A DNA stretch of 64,000 nt, taken from assembly GCA_015063605.1 (NCBI GenBank), contig SVTV01000008.1:5038-69037 (forward strand), written 5' to 3'. Made by a program: the position numbers and the translations under genes. The DNA comes from Oscillospiraceae bacterium. Its GTDB lineage: Bacteria; Bacillota; Clostridia; Oscillospirales; SIG627. This document shows, one piece after another, positions 36,406-46,259 of the stretch. The notes under the pieces were generated by a model. The model was not told the DNA's origin. It saw only the letters and a program-made list of their open reading frames with translations, and did not search any database. The first letter of the stretch is position 1. Every line of letters starts with the position of its first letter.

Positions 36406-39352
36406 AATAGGCCTTGATATTGGCTCGACAACACTTAAAAGCGTTGTTTTGGATGAAGCCGGAAATATAGTTTACAAGAATTACGAAAGGCATCTTTCGA
36501 AGATCGCCGAAAAAACGATAGCTCTTTTGGAAACTCTCAAAGAAAAGTTTTCGAATGAAAAGGATTTCAGAATATGCATATCGGGTTCAGCGGGAATGGG
36601 ATTTGCATCCAAGATAGGTATCCCCTTTATTCAGGAGGTGTATTCTACCCGTATTTCCGTTAAAAAGACTCTTCCCGATACGGATGTGGTGATAGAGCTT
36701 GGCGGTGAGGATGCTAAGATAATATTCCTTACGGGAATGAGCGAGGTAAGAATGAACGGAAGCTGTGCAGGCGGTACGGGAGCCTTCATAGATCAGATGG
36801 CTACTCTTCTCAATATCTCTCCCGATGACATGAACGATCTTGCCAAGGAATATAATAAGATATATTCCATAGCATCAAGATGCGGAGTTTTTGCAAAATC
36901 CGATATACAGCCTCTTTTGAATCAAGGCGCTTCAAAGCCCGATATCTGTGCCTCCATCCTTCTTGCGGTAGTGAATCAGACTATATCCGGTCTTGCGCAG
37001 GGAAGAGAGATCGAGGGAAATGTTACATATCTCGGCGGTCCTCTTACATTCTTCTCGGAGCTTCGTAAATTCTTCGACAAGACTCTTTCACTTACGGGAA
37101 CATGCCCCGATAATTCCTTGTATTACGTCGCATACGGCGCGGCATTATCTTTGGAAAATTCCGAAGATTCACCCCGGTTTGATCTCGATGATGTCATTGA
37201 AAAAATAAAGAAAGCCGAAAGCACAGCAACATATAAAAGCGTTCCACCTCTCTTTTCATCGAAGGAAGAGTATGACGCATTCAAAGCCCGCCACGGTGAT
37301 TGCGAGATAACGGAATCTGTTCTCCCCGATGATAAGACAGCTTATCTCGGAATAGATGCAGGATCTACCACGGTCAAGTGCGCCGTGATAGATAAAGACG
37401 GAAAAATAATTTTCAAAAGATACATAAAGGGTACGGGAAACCCCGTTCCCGCAGTAAAAGGCTTCCTTACCGAGCTTTATGAAAAATATCCCGACATAAG
37501 GATCGCCGCATCGGCGGCAACGGGATACGGTGAGGAGATCATTAAGAATGCCTTTCATCTCGATACGGGTATAGTTGAGACTATCGCCCACTATGAAGCG
37601 GCCAAGAGCTACGACCCGAAGGTCGATTTTATAATAGACATCGGCGGTCAGGATATAAAGTGCTTCAAGATCAAAAACGGTACTATAGATAATATATTTC
37701 TGAATGAGGCTTGTTCCTCGGGCTGCGGCTCGTTCCTTCAGACATTTGCGGCAGCTCTCGGATATTCGAATGATGAATTCGATAACCTTGCATTGTTTGC
37801 GGATAATCCCGTAAATCTCGGCTCACGCTGTACCGTGTTTATGAATTCCTCTGTAAAGCAGGCGCAGAAGGACGGGGCATCCATTGAGAATATTTCCGCA
37901 GGACTTTCCATAAGCGTTGTCAAAAACGCATTGTATAAGGTAATAAGAGCATCATCAGCCTCCGCATTGGGTGAGCATATAGTTGTTCAGGGAGGTACAT
38001 TCATAAATGAATCCGTTCTCAGAGCCTTTGAATTGGAGACGGGTTCCAACGTTACACGCCCCGCAATAGCAGGACTTATGGGCGCATACGGTGCGGCGCT
38101 TTACGCAAAAAAGAAGTATCCCGCAGATACGGGACATACAAGCACCGTTCTCACAGCGGATGAGCTTAAGGTGTTTGAGCACAAGGTGTCTGCGATAACC
38201 TGTAAGGGATGCCAGAATGCATGCCGTCTTACGATAAACAGCTTCAATGACGGAAGAAAGTTTATTGGCGGAAACAGATGCGAAAAGCCTCTTATCGCTC
38301 AGAACGGCGGAAAGCTTAAGGAAAGACACAATCTTTACGAATGCAAAAGAGAGCTCATATCATCATACAAGAATTTTGTGGGAGAGCTCGAAACGATACA
38401 TATCCCCTTGGGACTCAATATGTATGAAATGTATCCCTTCTGGTACACCTTCTTCAAGACACTCGGCTTCGGCGTGGCAAATTCGGGAATGTCCACGAGA
38501 AAGATATATATCAAGGGTCAGAATACCATTCCCTCCGATACCATATGCTATCCCGCAAAGCTTATCCACGGTCATATTGAAACGCTTCTCGAGGACGGAG
38601 CGAAGCATATTTTCTATCCCTGCTTAAGCTATAATTTCGATGAAGGCTTGGGAGATAACAACTATAACTGTCCCGTTGTTGCGTACTATCCCGAGGTAAT
38701 ATCCTCCAATATGAAGTCCTTGAAGGATGTACACTTTATAAAAACATATATCGGTATCCACCGCAGAAAGGAATTTCCCGCAAAGATGCTTGAAATGCTT
38801 CAAGGTGAATTTCCGCAATACAGCGCAAGGTTATCTCTCAAGGATGTGAAGCGTGCTTCCGATGCGGCGTATGACGAGTATTATGAGCATATGAAGCGTA
38901 TACGCAAAAAAGGTAAGGAATACGTTGAATTGGCAAAGACAAACGGACTTCCTCTCATAATCCTTTGCGGAAGACCGTATCATATAGATCCCGAGATCAA
39001 TCACGGTATAGATAACCTGATATGCGACCTTAATGCTGTCATCGTATCCGAAGACGGCATAAGTGATAACGTGAAGAGATTCCCCACAACGGTGCTGAAT
39101 CAGTGGACATACCACTCACGCTTGTATGCGGCGGCAAAGTATGTGTGTGAAAGTGATTACGACAAGATCAATCTCATTCAGCTCGTATCCTTCGGATGCG
39201 GCGTCGATGCCATAACCACCGATGAGGTCAGAAAGATACTTGAGGAAAAGGATAAGATCTATACTCAGATAAAGATAGACGAGATAACGAACTTAGGTGC
39301 TGTCAATATAAGAGTACGCAGTCTGTTTTCCGCTTTGGGACTTAACGAATAG
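36398..39352 (+). CDS. BadF/BadG/BcrA/BcrD-type ATPase (two copies) fused to a 2-hydroxyacyl-CoA-dehydratase-like domain (putative CoA-substrate-specific enzyme activase)
   Basis: Two ASKHA ATPase starts are present (IGLDIGSTTLK and LGIDAGSTTVK). A Cys cluster CKGCQNAC and a dehydratase-like C-terminal half follow. Confidence 0.8.
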   Translation: MIKIGLDIGSTTLKSVVLDEAGNIVYKNYERHLSKIAEKTIALLETLKEKFSNEKDFRICISGSAGMGFASKIGIPFIQEVYSTRISVKKTLPDTDVVIELGGEDAKIIFLTGMSEVRMNGSCAGGTGAFIDQMATLLNISPDDMNDLAKEYNKIYSIASRCGVFAKSDIQPLLNQGASKPDICASILLAVVNQTISGLAQGREIEGNVTYLGGPLTFFSELRKFFDKTLSLTGTCPDNSLYYVAYGAALSLENSEDSPRFDLDDVIEKIKKAESTATYKSVPPLFSSKEEYDAFKARHGDCEITESVLPDDKTAYLGIDAGSTTVKCAVIDKDGKIIFKRYIKGTGNPVPAVKGFLTELYEKYPDIRIAASAATGYGEEIIKNAFHLDTGIVETIAHYEAAKSYDPKVDFIIDIGGQDIKCFKIKNGTIDNIFLNEACSSGCGSFLQTFAAALGYSNDEFDNLALFADNPVNLGSRCTVFMNSSVKQAQKDGASIENISAGLSISVVKNALYKVIRASSASALGEHIVVQGGTFINESVLRAFELETGSNVTRPAIAGLMGAYGAALYAKKKYPADTGHTSTVLTADELKVFEHKVSAITCKGCQNACRLTINSFNDGRKFIGGNRCEKPLIAQNGGKLKERHNLYECKRELISSYKNFVGELETIHIPLGLNMYEMYPFWYTFFKTLGFGVANSGMSTRKIYIKGQNTIPSDTICYPAKLIHGHIETLLEDGAKHIFYPCLSYNFDEGLGDNNYNCPVVAYYPEVISSNMKSLKDVHFIKTYIGIHRRKEFPAKMLEMLQGEFPQYSARLSLKDVKRASDAAYDEYYEHMKRIRKKGKEYVELAKTNGLPLIILCGRPYHIDPEINHGIDNLICDLNAVIVSEDGISDNVKRFPTTVLNQWTYHSRLYAAAKYVCESDYDKINLIQLVSFGCGVDAITTDEVRKILEEKDKIYTQIKIDEITNLGAVNIRVRSLFSALGLNE

Positions 39353-39405
39353 TATTTCGGTCCTTTGACGTAAAACGAATCAAAAGTTAAAAGAGATAAA
39401 ACGGT

Positions 39406-40671
39406 ATGACAAACAAAACCAACGGAAGAATAGAATTTACAAAGGAAATGAAAAAGACACATAAGATCCTGTTTCCAAATATGTGTAATATTCATTTCAA
39501 AATATTAAGGAATATTTTTGCCGAATTCGGATATAACGTAGAGCTTTTGGAAAACGATGATGATTCCGTCATCGAAACGGGGCTTAAGTACGTTCATAAC
39601 GATACGTGCTATCCCGCACTCGTTACGATAGGTCAGATGATCTCCGCTCTTGAAAGCGGAAAATACGACCTTGACAGAACGGCTCTCGCTATGACTCAAA
39701 CGGGCGGAGGATGCAGAGCATCGAATTACATCCACCTTCTCAGAAAGGCTTTGAAAAAGGCAGGTCTCGGTAATATCCCCGTCATATCCTTGAATATATC
39801 GGGACTTGAGAAGAACAGCGGCTTTAAAATAACACTGCCCCTTCTCAGAAGAGCACTTGCGGCTGTTACATACGGTGATATGCTTATGCTTCTGAGCAAT
39901 CAGACAGAGCCTTATGAAGTCACTTGCGGTGAAACGAAATCACTTACCGATAAGTGGATAGCGGATATTTCCGATATGTTCAAGCGTAAGGAAGGCTACC
40001 GTACGGAGGAGATCAAAAGCTGTCTTTCACAGATAGTTGAATCTTTTTCGTGCATCAAAACAGAAAAAAGAGATAAGGTACGTGTCGGCATAGTGGGAGA
40101 GATATTCGTAAAGTATTCCGCTACGGCAAACAACAATCTTGAAAGGTTCCTTAAGGAGCAGGGATGCGAGGTAATGGTTCCCGGACTTTTAGGGTTCCTT
40201 CTCTTCAAGGTGGATAACAGAATAGAGGATATCAAGCTTTACGGCGGAAATATCATCAAAAAAGCGGGATGCGGTATATTGCTTGATTTCTTCTCGAAGT
40301 ATGAGGAATATATTGCCGAAGCCTTGAGAAACAGCAAGAGCGGTAAGTTTGTTATTCCCTCAAGCTACGCTCACTTGAAGGAGCTTATCGGACCCGTTCT
40401 CGGCAGAGGCTGTAAAATGGGGGAGGGGTGGCTTCTTACTGCGGAAATGATGGAGCTTATCGAGCTGGGATATGGTAATATCGTATGTACTCAGCCCTTC
40501 GGATGCCTCCCGAACCATATAGTCGGGAAAGGTATGATAAGAAAATTAAGCGAAATGTACCCCGAAGCAAATATTGTTCCTATCGATTACGACCCGGGCG
40601 CAACGAAGGTGAATCAGGAAAACAGGATAAAGTTAATGCTATCGGTGGCAAGAGAAAAGTCCGAAAAGTGA
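39406..40671 (+). CDS. 2-hydroxyacyl-CoA dehydratase-family / activase-associated protein
   Basis: HNDTCYPA, TQTGGGCRASNY and CTQPFGCLPNH motifs are typical of the dehydratase-related component D family. Confidence 0.7.
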   Translation: MTNKTNGRIEFTKEMKKTHKILFPNMCNIHFKILRNIFAEFGYNVELLENDDDSVIETGLKYVHNDTCYPALVTIGQMISALESGKYDLDRTALAMTQTGGGCRASNYIHLLRKALKKAGLGNIPVISLNISGLEKNSGFKITLPLLRRALAAVTYGDMLMLLSNQTEPYEVTCGETKSLTDKWIADISDMFKRKEGYRTEEIKSCLSQIVESFSCIKTEKRDKVRVGIVGEIFVKYSATANNNLERFLKEQGCEVMVPGLLGFLLFKVDNRIEDIKLYGGNIIKKAGCGILLDFFSKYEEYIAEALRNSKSGKFVIPSSYAHLKELIGPVLGRGCKMGEGWLLTAEMMELIELGYGNIVCTQPFGCLPNHIVGKGMIRKLSEMYPEANIVPIDYDPGATKVNQENRIKLMLSVAREKSEK

Positions 40672-40688
40672 CTTTTCGGACTTTTCTC
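40658..40688 (+). terminator. hairpin terminator overlapping the stop codon
   Basis: AGTCCGAAAAGT-g-ACTTTTCGGACT palindrome followed by TTTT(C)T. Confidence 0.65.
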
Positions 40689-41056
40689 ATAAAGTTTACA
40701 CTTGCCTGCCAAAAGCAGGGCAGGCATTTTGCACACGCAAAAGCGTGCAAACTTTCCGATAGATCAGATTTACGGGTTTTCTCATAAAGTTTGCACTTGC
40801 CTGCCAAAAGCAGGGCAGGCATTTTGCATACGCAAAAGCGTGCAAACTTTCCGATAGATCAGATTTATGGGTTTTCTCATAAAGTTTGCACTTTGCTGTC
40901 AAAAAGTCTGACAGCAATTTTGCATACGCAAAAGCGTGCAAACTTTCCGATAGATCAGATTTACGGGTTTTCCCATAAAGTTTACACTTTGCTGTCAAAA
41001 AGTCCGACAGCAATTTTGCATACGCAAAAGCGTGCAAACTTCCGGTTAGTGCACTT
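40682..41056 (+). repeat. four tandem ~95-96-bp structured direct repeats
   Basis: Units start at 40682, 40777, 40872 and 40968 (TTTTCTCATAAAGTTTGCAC...). Each contains a hairpin plus TTTT and a conserved block TTTTGCATACGCAAAAGCGTGCAAACTTTCCGATAGATCAGATTTACGGG. Confidence 0.9.
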
Positions 41057-41090
41057 CGTTGTCAAAATTAAGAAAGGAATGGTTACGACA

Positions 41091-41492
41091 ATGTTTAATA
41101 AGCTGAAAGAAAAACTTGCTTCCTTTATGATAGGCAGATACGGAATAGATGAATTATATATCGCTCTCGTTATACTTTACATAATTCTTTTCTTTGTCAA
41201 TCTCTTTTTGAATTCTCTTATTCTCGGCATAGTTATATGCCTTGTTATCGTTTTTGCTGTTTGGAGAAGCTTTTCCAAAAATCATGAAAAACGCAGAAAG
41301 GAAAATGCGTTTTTTATGAGGTATTACGGCAAGATCGAAAAGTGGGCAAAATTCCAAAAGAGAAAATTTGACGACAGGAAGACACACGTATACGTAAAGT
41401 GCCCGAAGTGTAAAGCGGTTTTAAGACTTCCGAAAAGAAAAGGGAAGAATACGGCGGTATGCCCCAAGTGTTCAAATAAATTTGAGGTGTGA
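41091..41492 (+). CDS. small membrane protein with C-terminal zinc ribbon
   Basis: 133 aa with two TM helices, then CPKC...CPKC. The RBS AAAGGA lies 12 nt upstream of ATG 41091. The listed 233-aa ORF extends back into the repeats. Confidence 0.6.
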   Translation: MFNKLKEKLASFMIGRYGIDELYIALVILYIILFFVNLFLNSLILGIVICLVIVFAVWRSFSKNHEKRRKENAFFMRYYGKIEKWAKFQKRKFDDRKTHVYVKCPKCKAVLRLPKRKGKNTAVCPKCSNKFEV

Positions 41493-41564
41493 ACGGTTTT
41501 TTCGTTTTTGAATAAAAATAAGCGCTCGAAAGAACCTCTGTAAAATCAGCGTAAAAATAGATTT

Positions 41565-41598
41565 AGCCACCACGTTTTTTTCGTGATGGCTATTTTTT
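41565..41598 (+). terminator. rho-independent terminator
   Basis: AGCCACCACG-ttttttt-CGTGATGGCT (one mismatch), followed by a T6 run. Confidence 0.8.
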
Positions 41599-41640
41599 AT
41601 GTGTAGCTAAAGAGAAGTGCCGCGCAAGGCGGGGCGGGAA

Positions 41641-42843
41641 TCATTTACGATAAATGCAATTTCTTGCAACTTTTACAAGTCCGATACGCTCACAAGTTTC
41701 AACACCAAGAGGTGAATCGTCTTCATCCGCATTTGAATTTCCAATCATAGCATTGTTTTTCAAGCAGTAATCAACAGCATATCTCCACATCAAATCAATA
41801 GATTCACCTTCTTTGTTTGTGTTAATGGTAAAGATTGCGCCAATATCGTATTTTCTAAGTTCACGAATTTGGTCAAGTGTAGGCATAGCAAGGCAGATAA
41901 GCTCACCGTTTTCAAATACGCCCATGGGTTTCATTCCTGCGTTGCCTTTGCCGTCAAAGCATATCTGAATTGCTCCAACGTGACATTCCGCACATCCGCC
42001 ATTTTGCTTGAACGCCTTGACTTGCGTCATATCCTCTGCGGTAAGCAGGCGAATTGACAATCCACCATATTCGGGAACAGAAATAGAATCATTTGGATAG
42101 ATCATATCATATCCATAGCGGCAGGTTAGACCGAGTTTGGCGACTTCCGCATCAAAAATTTCCCATTCTTTATCAACCGATCTTCGAATAGAAAATCGCG
42201 GATTTGCGTGCTTGGCAAAAAGCCTCAGATACGGCAGAGCATCTTCCTCGTTTTCACAAATGATCATAACAGCAGGCTCGACCGAATTGTAATCAGATAC
42301 ATAAATGAAATGTTCAAGTGTTTCGGGATTTCCAAGTGTGAGAATTTCGGATTCTGCAACCGTCATCCCTACAATATCCTCGGCATATTTTAGAGGATTA
42401 TGCGTAAAGCAAAAGTCAAGAGCGAGGTCAATGTCCGATATGTTTAATTCCGGAAAGCTTCGTCTAAAATGGCTGATTGCAATCTTACCGGAAAGGTCGT
42501 GCCAAGTTACAGCCTCTCCCGAATACTTTTCACGGTATTCACTCGGCGTAATACTGTAAAAATTTTTGAATGCACGAGTGAAACTTTCGGGGCTTGCATA
42601 TCCGAAGTCAAGAGCAATTTCAAGTACGGTCTTTTGTGTCCTGCGAAGCTCAAGGGCGCTTCTTGTGAGCTTGTAAATACGAGAATATTCTACGGGGCTG
42701 TATCCCGTATGCTGTCTGAATATTGCATCAAAGTAGGTGAGTGAGAATCCTGCGTTGTCTGCAATACTTTGTAGCGACAGATTGTCTTTGGGATTCTTTT
42801 GTATGAATCCGATGGCTTTGTCAATTAAGTTCTTGTTTTCCAT
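41641..42843 (-). CDS. AraC-family regulator (N-terminal HTH + C-terminal effector/GNAT-like domain)
   Basis: N-terminal AraC HTH (LSLQSIADNAGFSLTYFDAIFRQHTGYSPVEY...ESFTRAFKNFYSITPSEYR). Confidence 0.8.
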   Translation of the reverse strand: MENKNLIDKAIGFIQKNPKDNLSLQSIADNAGFSLTYFDAIFRQHTGYSPVEYSRIYKLTRSALELRRTQKTVLEIALDFGYASPESFTRAFKNFYSITPSEYREKYSGEAVTWHDLSGKIAISHFRRSFPELNISDIDLALDFCFTHNPLKYAEDIVGMTVAESEILTLGNPETLEHFIYVSDYNSVEPAVMIICENEEDALPYLRLFAKHANPRFSIRRSVDKEWEIFDAEVAKLGLTCRYGYDMIYPNDSISVPEYGGLSIRLLTAEDMTQVKAFKQNGGCAECHVGAIQICFDGKGNAGMKPMGVFENGELICLAMPTLDQIRELRKYDIGAIFTINTNKEGESIDLMWRYAVDYCLKNNAMIGNSNADEDDSPLGVETCERIGLVKVARNCIYRK

Positions 42844-43038
42844 AAAGTCATCTCCTTTCTGTGCCTATATTTTAGCATACGGATACGGCAGTTGTCCTTG
42901 CAGGAATTAAGAGGTTTAAACTATATCACAAAAGTAAGTTGTTCTCGATTGTTTTTGCTTTTATATTATCGTTAGTACCGAAAAAATCAGGGAGGCTGTT
43001 AACCTCCCGTTTTGTATTATTATGAAATGTTTTGAAAC

Positions 43039-43725
43039 TTATCCCTCGGTTATCACCGCGCGGCACGGTGTACAGCTTGTCCCCGATGCCTTTATGGGCA
43101 ATACCGTAAGCTTTAAATTTTCGCAAGAGCTGTCCACATTCTCAAGATTCACCACCGGAGCAAGCATAAGAATGTCAGCCGCATAGAATACGGGGAATAT
43201 ACCGCCGGGGGATTGGAGATTTTCCCAACGTGGAAAATCTGTTGTGAGAATAAACGGTTTCTTTGAAACGAGCCACTCCATAGCATCGAGAGTAAGATAA
43301 GGGGAGGCATCAAGATAATCCTTGTCAAACCAGAATTTTCCCCAACCGCATCCGACAGCCAAAGCACAGCCCTCGGGGATATTTCTGCCCTTGGAAGCCT
43401 TTTCAAGCATTTCAGCCGTTATCGCCTTTCTGCTTCCGCTTATACTGTCAAGACCGTCGATCATGATAAGTACGCAAGGTACATCAAAAAGCTTCTCAAC
43501 GGGAACATCTATAAGGTTATACGACTTTTCGGGGCCGTAAAAATGTGCCGGCGTTTCAAGATACGTTCCCGTCTGGGAATGAAGACCGTCAAATATCTCG
43601 CAGTATACCTTTGTCGTTACCCACGGTACCTCGGGAAGGGGTTTTATATGGTATTCGGGGAAGGGAAATTCGTAATTCCACATTCCGTCTCTGATCTCGC
43701 CTGTTATATCTGTTACTTTTTTCAT
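43039..43725 (-). CDS. cyclase-family protein (kynurenine-formamidase-like fold)
   Basis: The family-like pattern ...HSQTGTYLETPAHF... and the ~228 aa size support the call. Confidence 0.7.
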   Translation of the reverse strand: MKKVTDITGEIRDGMWNYEFPFPEYHIKPLPEVPWVTTKVYCEIFDGLHSQTGTYLETPAHFYGPEKSYNLIDVPVEKLFDVPCVLIMIDGLDSISGSRKAITAEMLEKASKGRNIPEGCALAVGCGWGKFWFDKDYLDASPYLTLDAMEWLVSKKPFILTTDFPRWENLQSPGGIFPVFYAADILMLAPVVNLENVDSSCENLKLTVLPIKASGTSCTPCRAVITEG

Positions 43726-43726
43726 A

Positions 43727-45094
43727 TCAGCCTCTGCGTCCCTTTCTTTTTGATATTATGATAACACTGATAAAGAGTATCAGAAATACGATAAGAACGA
43801 GAATAAGAGCTAAAAACGTTTGATTTTCGAAAAGTCTGCTAAGATCCTCAATTGATACGGGGATCTTCTGCTCTGTCATATCATTGTCACGGTTTCCCGT
43901 TTCGGGATCCTTCACTGATGCCGAATAAACATCCTCGGTTACTAAAAGAGAAGCTGAGGCAATGAGAATGTCATCGCAAAAAACGGATATCTCACCCGAT
44001 TCACCCTTAAGCACGGGAGCATTGAAGGACTCGGGAGCATTGACCTTGAAGGTCAATTCGGAATTTTTCGGAACGACTGCAGTTACACCTTCGGAGGGGT
44101 AAAGAGATACCGTATCCTTAAGTCCGTTTACAATGGGGATCTCCGCTGCTGCCGTTTCGGGAGATATCACCTCTTTGACCTCGTAATTATCGAACATGTA
44201 ATCGTAAAGATGTCTCGTGTCATCGTAGCAAAGGTTCTTCTGTGTTGTTGAAACAGGAGGCTGATCGAGATTTGCACCGAAAAGAATGATGCAATATGTG
44301 GCTCCGTCCTTTGTTGCCATGGAAGAAAGACAGCGTCCCGCCTTACCCGTGAAGCCTGTCTTGATACCCTTCATGTATTCGTAATAATCATCGCTTGATT
44401 CATTGAGCATTTCAATGGTGTATCTTACGGTACGGGCTTTTGATTTGTTTGTTTCGGGAATAGTATATTTTGTCTGCGATATGATCTCCATGAACAGAGG
44501 ATATTTCATCGCATGCTTCAATATCAGATACATATCCTTGGGAGAGGAATAATGGTCATCGGATTGAAGACCGTGGGCATTTTCGAAGTTTGTATTTTCG
44601 CATCCCAATTCCTTTGCCGTCTTGTTCATATCTTCCACGAAAGTGTCGATATTTCCTCCGCCGAAATGATATGCAAGCACGGAAGCGGCATCGCAAGCGG
44701 AGGGAAGTATGAGAGCATAAAGAAGATCCTTGACGGTCATCAATTCTCCTTCCTTGAGTGCGATATTGGAGCCGCCTACCTTGTATATCTCATCAAACAT
44801 ATTCGTATTGACGGGAACAAGTACCTTTTCCTCTGCCGGGTCACCGCATTTTTCCAGCACTACTGCGGCTGTCATTATCTTTGTAAGAGAGGCCGGATAC
44901 ATTCTTCGATCGGCGCTTTTTGAGTATACCACGGTCTCCGTATCAAGATTGACCATGTATACTCCTCTTGAATATGTGGTTATATTCTCGGGAATGTACG
45001 TGAAATTTTCTGCAGAGCATATTGTAAATGCGGAAAATATATTGACAAGAATGATTAAAGTGATTATAATTGAAACATAACGTTTGATATTCAT
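43727..45094 (-). CDS. D-alanyl-D-alanine carboxypeptidase (serine-type, PBP5-like)
   Basis: Signal peptide, SxxK motif (PASLTKIMT), KTGFT motif and a C-terminal TM anchor. Confidence 0.85.
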   Translation of the reverse strand: MNIKRYVSIIITLIILVNIFSAFTICSAENFTYIPENITTYSRGVYMVNLDTETVVYSKSADRRMYPASLTKIMTAAVVLEKCGDPAEEKVLVPVNTNMFDEIYKVGGSNIALKEGELMTVKDLLYALILPSACDAASVLAYHFGGGNIDTFVEDMNKTAKELGCENTNFENAHGLQSDDHYSSPKDMYLILKHAMKYPLFMEIISQTKYTIPETNKSKARTVRYTIEMLNESSDDYYEYMKGIKTGFTGKAGRCLSSMATKDGATYCIILFGANLDQPPVSTTQKNLCYDDTRHLYDYMFDNYEVKEVISPETAAAEIPIVNGLKDTVSLYPSEGVTAVVPKNSELTFKVNAPESFNAPVLKGESGEISVFCDDILIASASLLVTEDVYSASVKDPETGNRDNDMTEQKIPVSIEDLSRLFENQTFLALILVLIVFLILFISVIIISKRKGRRG

Positions 45095-45143
45095 TTGTTT
45101 AACTTCTTTTCTTTTTATAATTTTTAATTAAACGGAGGGTATT

Positions 45144-46184
45144 ATGACAAAAAACGAGATGTATCCGCTTTTCAAGGGAATATGCCGTATCGAGGACATG
45201 GATGATGGATATATTTTCCCCGCGCGTATGACAAAAAAGCAGGAAGAATATTTTGTAAATGACGGCCCGGGAATGGGAATGCGTGCAAAATGCACTCCCG
45301 GTGTCAGACTTGACTTTTATACCGATGCTAAAATAGTTTCATTTTCTTACCGTTTCGGTGAAGCGTACCGCAAGACCGTGTCCTTTGACCTTTACGTAAA
45401 CGACATACTTTGCGATTCTCATCACAATGACGGAAGCGACGGCGGAAAGATAGTCTGGAATCTTGAAAAATACAATATGTATCCCGAAACCTATGAGGAA
45501 CGAAGAGTTACGATACATTTCCCCTGCATTGCTCAGACATTCATAAAAGATGTTGAAATAGGAAATGCAAGGCCCGTTGAAAGTACGGATTCTCCGGAAA
45601 ATCCGAAAAGAAAGATACTCTTCTTCGGTGATTCCATTACCCAGGGTGTTGACTGCGGTGTGCACGCATCCTTGAATTACGTAAACTTAACCGCAAGATA
45701 TCTTAACGCGGAATATTTGAACCTCGGTGTGGGAAGCGCACGCTTCTGCCCCGGATTCATCGATAATGAGCTTCCCTTCAAGCCTGATGAGATAGTTGTG
45801 GCATACGGCTCAAACGATTGTGTTTTGGTATACAGCGAAGAGGGCGTAAGAAGAGACATTCCCGAATTTTTCCGTATACTGACGGAAGCTTACCCCGGTG
45901 TTCCCCTATATGTTATTACCCCCATATGGAATTGGAGATTCGATGACAACGGAACAAGTCCTTACAGCGAAGCCGAAAAGGAAAGAATATCCATTGTCCT
46001 TGATCTTATAAAGGACTCTTGTGAAAAGACGGGAGCGAATTTGATAGACGGCAGAAAGCTTATATGCCATATTCCCGACCTTTTCAGAAATAACGATCCC
46101 CATCCCGTTGAAGCGGGATTTGCAATCTACGGTGCGGAGCTTGCAAAGGCTGTTTACGAGATAAGAAACGGTAAACTCAAATAA
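45144..46184 (+). CDS. SGNH/GDSL hydrolase-family esterase with N-terminal beta-sandwich domain
   Basis: Block I FFGDSITQG, block III-like GSND, and C-terminal DPHP. Confidence 0.75.
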   Translation: MTKNEMYPLFKGICRIEDMDDGYIFPARMTKKQEEYFVNDGPGMGMRAKCTPGVRLDFYTDAKIVSFSYRFGEAYRKTVSFDLYVNDILCDSHHNDGSDGGKIVWNLEKYNMYPETYEERRVTIHFPCIAQTFIKDVEIGNARPVESTDSPENPKRKILFFGDSITQGVDCGVHASLNYVNLTARYLNAEYLNLGVGSARFCPGFIDNELPFKPDEIVVAYGSNDCVLVYSEEGVRRDIPEFFRILTEAYPGVPLYVITPIWNWRFDDNGTSPYSEAEKERISIVLDLIKDSCEKTGANLIDGRKLICHIPDLFRNNDPHPVEAGFAIYGAELAKAVYEIRNGKLK

Positions 46185-46259
46185 CACTGCGGCGAGAATA
46201 TCGCCAAAGGTACGATGAGGGCATCGTTTAACGGTACGGCGAGGTCATTGTACCCTGCG

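Noticed and set aside
40682-41056. Possible CRISPR array.
   Set aside because: The units are contiguous ~95-bp repeats with no unique spacers, and no cas genes are nearby.
40696-41090. ORFs reading through the 95-bp repeats (113 aa on the minus strand at 40696-41037, and the first 100 codons of the 233-aa plus-strand ORF from 40791).
   Set aside because: Their peptide repeats only mirror the DNA repeats. The repeat period (95/96 nt) is not frame-preserving. There is no RBS. The real gene starts at 41091 behind a proper RBS.
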